Positions 24,845 through 64,000 of a stretch of DNA of 64,000 bases are shown in pieces (position 1 is the stretch's first letter; each line of letters begins with the position of its first letter). The notes below the pieces were generated by a model, which saw nothing but the letters and a program-made list of their open reading frames with translations, ran no database searches and was not told where the DNA came from. The position numbers and the translations under genes are program-made. The DNA is taken from contig CM052817.1 in assembly GCA_028534125.1 (NCBI GenBank), forward strand, positions 498,001-562,000. Direction: 5' to 3'. This DNA is from Lama glama. Its lineage: Eukaryota.

Positions 24845-25490
24845 AACGCTGGGGCCGGGGCGGCCCTCCCGGTGCGGGGAGCGACAAGCGCGGCGGTAGA
24901 TGGCGTGGCCGTCCCGGCGCCGCTACACAAGGTCGCGTGCAGCTTGGGCGACTCTCGCGGGCGTCCGGCTCAGCCGCGGGGCGCGGCGGGCTCGCTCCGC
25001 TCCCGCGGCCCTAGGAGAAAGCCTCCCGCGGCGCCTGGCGGCGTCTGCGCCCTGATCCCCGCTTCTCCCTCCCAGCAAACGTTCCCAGAGCAAAACCAGG
25101 GCGCGGCGGTGTTTTCGGGCAAATCGCCCACGGCTCCAGCCGCGGCCTCGCGGGGGCGTCGGCCTGGGGATGTGCGACACCGGCGCGCAGGTGCCCGGCG
25201 TATCCCCGCAGCTCTCAGGCTCGCGAGTCCCCGCGGGGCTGCCCCTCTGTCGCGACAGTGGCCTCAACTCTCTGCTGTGTCCCAGCCTTTTCATTGTCTG
25301 GCTCTTAGCCCCGTTGCGAAGGAACGTCCACAACCTCGCCCGCCGGGAATTCCCTCGAGCGCCCAGCCCAGGCCGCGCCCCCCGAGGCCCAGGCAGCACC
25401 TCCGGACTCCCACCGCAGCAGCCTGGGAGGGTTTACAGGCAGATGCGGTGGAAACGACAATGACGTGGTTTGGGTGGGGCCGATCGCTGC
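24845..25490. promoter_or_regulatory. Orphan CpG island about 10 kb upstream of MAEA
   Basis: Very dense CpG/GC block flanked by AT-rich L1 sequence; no credible ORF. Confidence 0.7.
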
Positions 25491-25659
25491 TGTTAACCTA
25501 GAAACGAATTCTAGGTTGTCCCACATTCTTTTCTTACCAATAAGCCAACCAACTGTGTGTAAAATCTCACCGCTCTGGGTGAGGTGCATGCTTTATTCAA
25601 GAATCAATTTTTTTTAATTTTAAAATTTATTTTATTATTAGTATTTGGGTGGAAATCTT

Positions 25660-25870
25660 TTCTTTAAGTATAGTCAGTTACAATGTGTCAGTCTCTGATG
25701 TACATCATAATGTCCCAGTCATGCATATATATACACATATATTAGTTTTCATATTCTTTCTCACAAGATATTACAAGATATTGAATATAGTTCCCTGTGC
25801 TATACAGAAAAAAACTGTTTTTTAATCTATTTTTATATATCATGGTCAACATTTGCAAATCTCAAAGTCC
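25660..25870 (-). mobile_element. Lineage-specific L1 3' terminal fragment
   Basis: 'aagtatagtcagttacaatgtgtca', 'ttacaagatattgaatatagttccctgtgctatacag'. Confidence 0.8.
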
Positions 25871-26325
25871 CAAGAATCAATCTCTTAAGCAGGATTGGCA
25901 GGCGTTGGCCACTTCCTAAGAGATCAAAATGCAGGTCAAAATAAGCATAGGCGGTTCCGGTTTGGGACATGGAAGTGGGCACAGGGCCCTGAGCCCTGGT
26001 GGAGCAATGTGCTCCGCTGCTCTGCTGCGTGATTGAGATGAAGGAAGGGCACCGGGTCCTGACAGGTCTTCCCAGCGGCGGCCCCCCACCCGGTGACAGC
26101 CCTCCACCCTCATCTGCAGAGCCAGGGCCGGGGGACATCCTCCCAGTGCCCGTCAGGGAGCCTCCAGCCCCTCCTCTCTGGGTCCTTCTGACCCGCCCAG
26201 GAGGCGGGTCCCACACACATGTGACCCTCAACCCGTTCCCTGGCATAGCTGATGAGTACAAACTTTAGATCCTAAGATTCTGGAAGTTTGAATGGAGAGT
26301 ACCTGGCCGCTGTTGGGTGCCGTGC

Positions 26326-26990
26326 TGTGATGAAAATAGATCTGTCTTTGTTCCTAAAACCCTGGGATTTCTTGAGTGATAGGTGTGCCTTTTATTCACC
26401 ATCAGCCCCTCTGGAGCTCACCTGAGTTTATGTCAGTGCGGTGATTTGCTGGGGCCCTGGATAGTGTCAGATCTGGCCACCAGAAAGACTCAGTGGCCAG
26501 AGGGTGGGGGCCTCAGCCCCCCACCTCTGGGAAGAGGACAGGGGCTGGGGGGCAGTTTATAGGTCTTGAGTAATGAGATTTGTAGAGCACAGGGTGGGTG
26601 AACAGGAGTTGCTGGAGGTGATAACCGAGAGTGGGGGGAAGGAAGCCCCCACCAACCCCCACCAGTCCTGTTCCTGAGTTGTGTCTTTTATCATAAACAG
26701 GTAAATGTATGTAAATTTCCCTGAGATCTGTGAATCATTCTAGAGAATTGTGGAACCAGAGGAAGGGCTCGTGGGAACCACTGGATTGTTGGTGGTTGGC
26801 TGGGAAGAAGTGCGGGTGGCTTGGGACTCCGTGCGCAGCTGGCAAGTGGAGTTGGGCAGCCTTGGGGGCCTCAGCCCTACTGGGGGTCGGCATAGCTCCC
26901 AGAGAGAGTGGCAGAACTGAACTGTAGACACCCAGCCAGTGAGGGAGAACCGTCTGGGCTTGTTAGTGCTGGAGTCCTGGGGGAGGTGCT
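26326..26990 (+). mobile_element. ERV LTR remnant (MER21-like)
   Basis: 'tcctaaaaccctgggatttcttgagtgatagg', 'cctgagttgtgtcttttatcataaacaggtaaat', 'aactgaactgtagacacccagcc'. Confidence 0.55.
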
Positions 26991-27959
26991 TCCAGGAGTT
27001 CCCAGTCTCCTCCACGTGACGCCCACCCTCCCTGTCTCTCCCTGTTCTCCCCCGCCCCAGCGCCCCCTTTGCAGGTGGTGGGAATTAACCCCCACCCCTC
27101 ACACCCAGGGTGCTTGTGAGCGCCTCTACCCTGGAGCTCAGGTGTATCTTGCTCTGGGGCTTGGTCAGGCCCATCCCCATCCCCAGAGCTCTGGCCCTGC
27201 CGCACACAGTGGTGCCCCCGGGAGCCACAGGGTGAGGGGCCGGCGGGCCCCTAGGTGTTCCCAGGATGCAAGGGTGTGAATGACCAAGGACAAGCTGACC
27301 ATAAATGACCCCATCCCTGTCCTCCCACAGAGGCACACCTTCGCTGCAGACACCTAAGGTGCTAAGGGTGGGCCCTCATGATGGGACTCAGCTGGCGGAA
27401 GAGGGAGAGAGCCTGGGTGGAAGTCTGTCACGACGTGGGGCAGACATGACCAGTCAGGACGGTGCATTCTTCAGTGAATCTTAAGGAAGCTGATGTATGG
27501 GGTAAAAGGTCAGGAGGAGGGCAGCCCCTGGGGGCACACACTGGGCGGGGCAGGGAGCCCTCCAGGCTGCAGGCGTTGTCCTCGATCCTGCCCAGAGAGG
27601 TGGTTCCGTGAGTTCATACACTCGTGTGCACAGTTAGGGTGTGCACGCTTTACTGTAAGGTGAACTGGAAAGTGTCCGAAAGTGCTCCGGGTGATGGGAG
27701 TGTGCAGCCATAATGGGAAACTGTGGTTCTCTGCAGCCCCATCGCCTGGTAAAACGGACCATTGTCTGAATGAGGGCATGATCACTAGCATCCTGGCTCC
27801 ACCACGGCTGCTTCCGGCTGGTTCCAGGGTCAGCTGCGCTCATGCAGCCCCCAGGGCGAGGCTCCCGCCTTGAGACCACACATTCCCTTAGGTGGTGCTG
27901 TCCTGGGGTTGGGGGACAATTCTTAGCTGTGCCTTTATTTGCCTCAATTAGTTTAAAAT

Positions 27960-28402
27960 GTGCTTTTTTACTGTGATAAAATATACATAAAATTTACCAT
28001 TCTTAAAAAAAATATCTTCTTAACCATTTCTTAAGTGCACAGCTCAGGGGATTAAATACATTCATAATGTGCACCCAAAACCACATCCATCCAGACTCTT
28101 CATCTTGTGAAACTGAAACTGTCCCCATTAATCAGTAACTCCAATTCCTCGCTCCCGGCCCCTGGTTCCCACCACTCTCCTTTCTGCCTATGAATTTGAC
28201 TCCTCTGGGGGCCTCACACAAGTGGAATCAGACAGAATTTGTTCTTTGGTATCTGGCTTATTTCACTCAGCATATGTCCTCAAGGTTCACCTGCGTGGTA
28301 GCAGGTGTCAGAATTCCTTTCCTGTTCAAGGCGGAGTCATATTCCATTGTGTGGCTGCCCCATGTTTTGCTTATCCATCGTCCCCTGATGGGACACTTGG
28401 GT
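27960..28402 (-). mobile_element. Old L1 3' end
   Basis: 'catcttgtgaaactgaaact', 'tggcttatttcactcagcatatgtcctcaaggttca'. Confidence 0.8.
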
Positions 28403-29040
28403 TGCAATCCCACTCCTGGGCATACATCTGAAGGGAACTCTAATTCGAAAAGACACATGCATCCCAGTGTTCACAGCAGCACTATTTACAACAGCCAAGA
28501 CATGGAAGCAACCTAAATGCCCATTGACAGATGGCTAGATAAAGAAGCTGTGGTGTATTTATATAATGGAATACTACTCAGCCATAAAATGGATAAAATA
28601 ATGCCATTTGCAGCAACATAGATGGACCTGGAGATCATCATTCTAAGTGAAATAAGTCAGAAAGAGAAAGAAAAATACCAAATGATATCACTTATATGTG
28701 GAATCAAAAAAAAAAAAAGAGAGACACAAATGAACTTCCTTTGTACAAAACAGAAACAGACTCACAGACAGAGAAAACAAACTTATGGATACCAGGGGGT
28801 AAAGGAGGTGGGAAGGGATAAACTGAGAGTTTGAGATTTGCAGACACTAACTACTATATATAATATAGATAAAAAACAAGTTTCTTCTGTATAGCACAGA
28901 GAACTATAGTCAATATCTTTTCGTAACCTATCATGAAAAAGAATATGAACAGGAATGTATGTATATGTATGACTGAAACGTGATGTACACCAGAAATTGA
29001 CACAACATTGTAAACTGACTATACTTCAATTTAAAAAAAT
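28403..29040 (+). mobile_element. Young lineage-specific L1 3' end
   Basis: 'gcaatcccactcctgggcata', 'gatggacctggagatcatcattctaagtgaa', end 'aactgactatacttcaatttaaaaaaa'. Confidence 0.9.
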
Positions 29041-30249
29041 GATGACAGATAAAAAAATTAAAATATGAATAAATAAAATGGATGTGATAATAAAAAAGGA
29101 AGAATAATAAAATGTAATTTTTAAAAGTACATTCAATTTTAGAATGATTGGAAGAACTGAATTTGCCTGAGCAAATAAGTTGCATGTGTTATGTAATATT
29201 TGTAAACATTTAAAAAGTAAAACATGTTCTGTAAGTGCTGAAAAACAATCTCCATAGTGTAAACATATACACCTTGAAACTCAGCTGTGTGGACAGATGC
29301 CCGCAGCAGCAGGAGAGGCGATGGAAGGGTGGGAGCTGAGAGACCGTGTGCAGGAAGGTTGCTTTTCCTGCCATTATGGGTACGTCCCTTCTACTAACAC
29401 ATCGACATTCCACACACATCTAAATACGCAAGGCTGCATTGTGACCTGCTACATGTGTAGTGTCCTTACTATATCTTTCTGTGATACTCCCATAAAAATA
29501 GCAAAGCATGAACCCCATGCAGGTGGTAGGAAGCATCAGTCATTTATCCTAGGTTGGACCTGGGAGATGTTTAAGTCGACATTAATGTTTGTAAATAGCC
29601 TATTTCTCCTTTTGCTCTTTTTCTTCACGATTGACATGCACTTAGAGTGGGCTGTGTTCATAGTCGTTTGACCTAAAAGTGGTAACTGAAATACTCTTAG
29701 AAACACAAGAACTTTAATAACATATTTAAGTCAATCACCTATAGCTTTAAATCAGAAGGTAGAGGGAATTCGTCTGAATACCAGCACTTTTAGTTTCAGT
29801 ATTCTGTAGCTCCTTCCACTGTTCTAAGGAACAAGACCAATAAAACTTTATAAGCAGGAACCAGTCTGAACTCGGAGGTCAGAAAAAGTCCGAAACAACA
29901 GAAATGTCACTCGGTTTTTCTCCCCAGGCCCTTCAAGAAACTAGGCCAAATTTATAAATTACTCAATGTTCCTATTGAACAGTGGTGTTTTTCTGTGTGT
30001 ACCTGTCTGTTCAACAAACCAAATAAGAACTCCCTAATTCTGTCAGAGTGTTGATCTGGGGTTCACTTATTAGGACTCAGGAACCTTGAACAGCACTTCA
30101 GAGTGTTCTTATACACACCCACTCACCCTGCTTTTTGCCAACTATTACGGCCAATGAATTTGGGGGTGAGGGGTGCTCAACAAATTAGGCCTAAAGACCC
30201 TCTTACAAAGAATTCTCCATAACTGAGAAGAAACCCTTCTATGGAGAGC

Positions 30250-31815
30250 TGGCCATGATTTGAAGCTATACCACAAAGCTATAGTAATTAAAACAATATG
30301 GTCCTGGCATAGAAATAGACACATAGACCAATGGACCAGAACAGAGAGCCCAGAATCAACCCCCTGCATATATACTCAGCTAATATTTCATAAGGGAGCC
30401 AGGAACACCCAGTAGGGAAAGAATAGTTTCCTCAGCAAACAATGCTGAGAAACCAGAAAAACACACGCAGAAAATGAAATTGAACTCTGATCAGACACCA
30501 CTCACAGAAGTTAACTTGAAATGCATCAGACTTAAATATAAGCCCTGAAACCCTAAAACCCTTAGGAGAAAATGTAGGGAAGAAGCTCCTTGATGTTGGC
30601 CTTGGCAATGATTTTTTGGTTATGACACCAAAACCACAAGCAACAAAGGAAAAAATCAGCAAGTGAGACTGCATCAAACTCAGAGCTTCTGCAGAGCAAA
30701 GCAGTCATCAGCAAAAGGAAGAGGCAACCTATGGGGTGGGAGGAAATATTTGCAAACTATATATCAGATAAGGGGTTAATATCCCAAATCTATTTTGAAA
30801 AACTAATACAACTCAAAAGCAAAATAGGGCAAAAATATTTAAAAATGGGTAGAGAGACTAAATAGACATTTTTTGAAAGAAGACATCCAAATGATCAACA
30901 GATACATGAAGAGATGCCCAGCATCACAAGTGATCGTGGAAACACAAGTCAAAAGCACGATCAGCTATCACCTCACACCTGTTAGAATGGCAATTACTGA
31001 AAAGACAAACATGACAAGTGTTGGTGAGGATGTGGAGAAAAGGGAATACTTGTACACTCTTGGTGGGATGTAAACTGGTTCAGCCACTGTGAAGAACATT
31101 ATGGAAGGTCCTCAATAATTTAGAACTAGAACTACCATAAGATCCAGCAACCCCACTGTGGGTATGTATCCAAAGGAAATGGAAACAGGTTACCAAGGGG
31201 ACGTATGCACTCCCACATTCACTGCAGCATTATTCACAATAGCCAAGGTGTGGAAGCAACCTAAGTGCCCATCAGTGAATGAATGGATAAAGATTTGGTA
31301 TGTGTATGCAAAGGAATACTGTTCAGCCATGAGACAGAAATGGAAATTCTGCCATTTGCAACAATGTGGATGGACCTTGAAGGCATTATGCTAAGTGAGA
31401 TGTCAGCCAGAGAAAAACAAACACTGTATGATACCTCTTTTATGTGGAATCTAAAAACAAAAACAAAATCATAAATGGAGAGAGTGAAATGGTAGTTGCC
31501 AGGGGCTGTAGGATAGGGGAATGGAGAGGTGTTCTTTAAGGGTACACACTGGAAATAGTAGGTGAATAAGTCCCAGAGACCTAAGACACAGTTCAGCGAC
31601 TACAGACAACAAGTCTGCCTTATAAACATTAAACTTGCTAAGTGACTAGATCTTAATTGTTCCCAACACTGGAAGAATTGCTAATTACCTGGTCAATAGA
31701 GGTGTTAGCTAATGCTACAACAGCAACCATGTTGCAATACAAATGCATCAAACCAATACTCAGCACACCTTAAACTTACACAAAATGTTGCAGGCCAAAT
31801 ATATCTCAAAAAAAA
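30250..31815 (+). mobile_element. L1 (L1MA-like) ORF2 end and 3'UTR
   Basis: 'caaagctatagtaattaaaaca', 'acctcacacctgttagaatggc', 'ggatggaccttgaaggcattatgctaagtga', A tail at 31808. Confidence 0.9.
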
Positions 31816-33570
<1,755 letters not shown>

Positions 33571-34973
33571 AGGAAACCTGAGCTCAAGTTGGCGTGGGGA
33601 CAGGACTGCGGGCGGCACTCTCACGTCCACCATGCGTGTCAATTATCCCGAAGAGAAAGAGGCGTCTGCCTACAGCTCCTACAGGAAGGTGCCTCTACTT
33701 ACTGTCCAGCAGGACGAAGACGTCCCTCCAAACTCCGACAGCCCAATCAGAGGCTGCGGCAGCACAACCCACGGGAAGTCTCCGTACCCCGGCCCTGGCT
33801 CCCCCAGCGCCCGCTCTTCCTGCGAAAGCAAGTTCCCCTTCCTTGTTCTCCGGATCTGTTTGTGCATTCCAAACTGCGGCTCCTCCGCTAGTGCTGAAAA
33901 AGCTCACTTCTGCTGGTGAAGTAATTGCTGTTAGATTATTACAGGCGGTTGGCGTCGAGCTGTACATGCCCTCTAATTGCTTTGATGAATTCACTCACGT
34001 CGTGTGAGCAGTTCCGGAGCTTGGTTTCAGCCGGGACAGGAAGCTCGTCTCGTCTGAGCTTGGTTCTGTTACCACTGGGATTTTGCTGGAATGCTGCAGG
34101 GCATGGGGCCGCAGGAGGGTGAGGTCCTGGCAGCCCCACTCGGACGCAGTGGCTTTCTTGTGTCGCCTTAGCTGTTTTTCACATTAAACTTTATATACAT
34201 ATATATATTTTAAGTCGTTTCAGGAATGAGTGTGAACTGTGGCGTAATTTGAAAGTCTTCTCCTAACTAATGAAACCTACTTTCATCTATTTTAAAAAAG
34301 AATAAAAGGGAATACGAATGCGAAGTGGTTGAAAGGAAACCATAGAGTCCGTGTGTATGCCGGGCCGCGTGTCGGGCGCGGGGGAGTCCGGGAGCGAGTC
34401 CGGACACTCCACCTCTCCTGACCAACGGGAACCGGGCTCTGCGTCCCAATCCAGCAGCCGTCCCTCTGCGGAAAGGCAGCCGGTGGAAAGCTGACATGCC
34501 CCGGTGGCCTGCGGACATTTTGGCCACGACTACCACGAAGGGTCATGGGGGGGGTCACCGCCCCGAGGGGCCGCCCACGAGAGCCCAGTCACCTCCCCAG
34601 CCGCGCCCCTCGCGGGTCCCCGGCCCCCATGCCCGAAGGTGTCCTGGGCAGCCGGAGAGCAGACCCGGCTGCTTGGAGCCAAGGGAGATAACCTGGCGAA
34701 GCCGCTGTCTCGCCCCGCCTCGAGTTCAAGGAGGGACCCCGCCCAGCCGGGCTTCCCGCTGATTGGACGAAAGAGAGACAGACCGGCGGTGATTGGGTGG
34801 GGCGGACGCCTCTCGGCGCGCGCGCCACGGCCGCGCCTTCTTCCGCCGCCATAGGACGGGAGGCGGACGCGATTGGTGCAGACGCGTCGGCCCGCCCCGC
34901 CCCGTGACGTCACTACCCGGCGTGCCGCGCGCCGCGCTTCCCCTCCGCCCGCTAATGTTTTGGCCGATCCAAG

Positions 34974-61900
<26,927 letters not shown>

Positions 61901-62657
61901 GCGGCGGTGTGTTGCCCGGCAGCCGCAGGCCCTCCTGCCTGCTTCTCTGTTTCTTGCGACCAAAGATCAGTGAGCAACGACACACACTCTCGGGAAAAGA
62001 GGGAGGAAGATTTAACGAGCTCTGGCTTGATTTTGTAACAAGTCAGCTGTCTGACGCTTCTGAAGCGTGCTTTCACCTTTCAGAGGAACTTTTCTTGAAA
62101 GACTGACTCAGCAGAGGGGCACTAGGACATTTCAGATAGGACTCTGTTACCTCCCGTGCGCCCACACTTCCCTCCCTCTTGCTGATGACGAACCTAGGGG
62201 AACAGGCTGGTCCTCGGCTGTGGCCCCAAAGCCGTGGCAGCCACGCCAGACTGACCTGTGGTGACTCAGTGCCACGAAGGGCCCCGTCACTTCTCTGTAG
62301 AGCTGCTGCCAAACGCCAGCCTGTGGGCCTGGGCGGGGCTGGCTTCCAGGTGGCTGTCTGCCCTCAGCCGCGGCTGTGGGGCTGTTAGGATCCATAGGTC
62401 CAGTATCACGTCACTCCTGCCGCCTTACCTCCGCCTGAGAATGTATCACGTGGAAATCCACTGGACCCAGTGTCTGCAGAGGCCTTGCCGATGGTTCCAT
62501 AACTTTAGCTCTAAATTCTCTTCATTACAGAAACAATAGTGCAGTTGAAATAACCACCACCGACTTTTCAAATCAGATGAAACATTGTAGTTTATACAAG
62601 CCCGTGCGTAGAGGTTTGTACTCGGCGCTTATTTTTGCATGTTGATGTTGATTAGCT

Positions 62658-62663
62658 AATAAA
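62658..62663 (+). terminator. Likely MAEA polyadenylation signal (3'UTR about 61901-62690)
   Basis: AATAAA about 760 nt after the stop codon, with U-rich sequence upstream and GU/U-rich sequence downstream. Confidence 0.75.
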
Positions 62664-64000
62664 CGATAAACGTTAAGACATGCCGATAAAGGGTTTCTAC
62701 TCGTTCTATGTGAGGCACCAGTGGCTCAGCATTGCTGAGGGTCGTGTCTGCTGCTCGGCCTTCAGTCCAGGATGGAGGCCCGAGTTTGCCGTGAGCTCTG
62801 TCCCAGAGCAACCCCCAGGACCCCTTCGGCCTCGCAGGCGCCCCCCCCAAGCAGTGCCTGGTAACCAGGGGCCCTCTGCAGCAGAGCAGGTGCGTGGGCC
62901 TGGAGGAGGAGCTGTGTGGGCCCCTCTGCCCCGCAGGCTCTGCTCTATGGAAGGGACTCCCCCACCTACTGCCTTGGCCCCCAGCAGTCCAGAAGCTGTC
63001 CAGTTTCCCTTTGGCAGTTTCTTCTTAATTTGCACAGCTTCTGTTACTGTGGTCAGAGGGGGCTCAGCAGCAGCTGGAGGCCCCCCGGCCTGGTCAGCAC
63101 AGAGCACACCTGCTGGGCGGGGCACCTGCCCGGCTTCCCCAGTGCCCAGACTGGCACTCTGTGCTGTTAACCTCTGTTCCTGCTCCTGCAAATGATTCCT
63201 GCTAAGACCGCAGGTGGGCTGTGGGGCCCCTCGCTAACCACTCCCTCGCCTCAGGTCAGCCGAGCTTTCTGGGTTCCTCTGCTGCCTTCCTGGCCCCACC
63301 ACCAAGCTTCCCTGGCCCTTGGCCTGCCCAGGCGTCTCCCTGCAAGCTGGCGGCTGTGACTCCCTGCCTGGGTCCCAGCTCTCTGCTCCCACCAGGTGCC
63401 CACACTGACCCCTGTGCCCGGGGTCCATGTCCCCAGGAGACCACAGCCTCTAGGCCGTTGCTGTGCTCTGCTTGGGGGACCAAGGGTGGCAGGGCCATCT
63501 GACCTCCGTGCACAGTTGCCACCTACTGCCAGTTGGCCCCAGCACACATGTGGGCTCGTGGCCCTATGGGGCACAGTGGGTAGAGCTGTTCTCAGGGTGA
63601 TGGGCTCTTCAGAGCTGCCCGCACCCTGGAGGGGAGTGACAGGGGTCTCTGCTGGCCATGCCCCCATCATCCAAGTCAGCGTTCCGGCAATGGTGGTTCT
63701 TGGTGAGAGTGGCTCAGCCAGTTCTCAGACTTGGTGAAAACGGAACCCCAGAGCTGGCTCCCTGGGCAGCTCCCCCTTCCCCTGGATGCCTTGAGCGGTG
63801 ACTTCCCTTCTTCTGCAAGCTGGTGGACTCTTGGGTTGTTTCCAGGTAAACCTGCCACGATCACTCTTGTATGTGGGACACATGCGTTCTGTGGGACGAC
63901 ATGGAGTTGCTGGTTGTGTGTCACTTTTACTAGACAAATGGCTGCCGTGGTCCACCTCACACCACCACCCACCTCCCCAGGCCCCATGCCTGGGCTTCGA

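Noticed and set aside
27960..29040. Twin-primed (inverted) single L1 insertion
   Set aside because: The two arms look like 3' ends of different-age subfamilies and I found no shared TSD; two separate insertions are more likely
33695..34139. Minus-strand ORFs upstream of the MAEA promoter as a divergent coding gene
   Set aside because: Short, no recognisable homology and no clear exon structure

Overview
Mammalian genomic DNA, GC-rich. It is probably camelid, inferred from tRNA-Ala-like SINEs of the vic-1 type and cetartiodactyl-style L1 3' ends. The right half holds the complete + strand MAEA gene (CTLH/GID E3 ligase subunit): 9 coding exons, 1191 nt, 396 aa, with a CpG-island promoter at about 34.3-35.5 kb and AATAAA at 62658. 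Intron 7 is a minor-spliceosome (U12-type) intron. The left 34 kb has no intact recognisable gene and by synteny is probably the CTBP1-MAEA interval. It is a mosaic of L1, MaLR, ERV LTR and SINE remnants. The most notable signals are: (1) a decayed intronless MIA3/TANGO1-like coding remnant at about 14.6-16.4 kb, with a candidate promoter, signal-peptide ATG and poly(A) signal; (2) a nested LTR carrying overlapping GAS+ISRE, 4 CCAAT boxes, 2 octamers and a TATA box; (3) an overlapping uORF on MAEA; (4) an orphan CpG island that appears to continue an old L1. Repeat family names and homologies come from memory and pattern recognition, not from searches. Nearly all other ORFs in the track look spurious.
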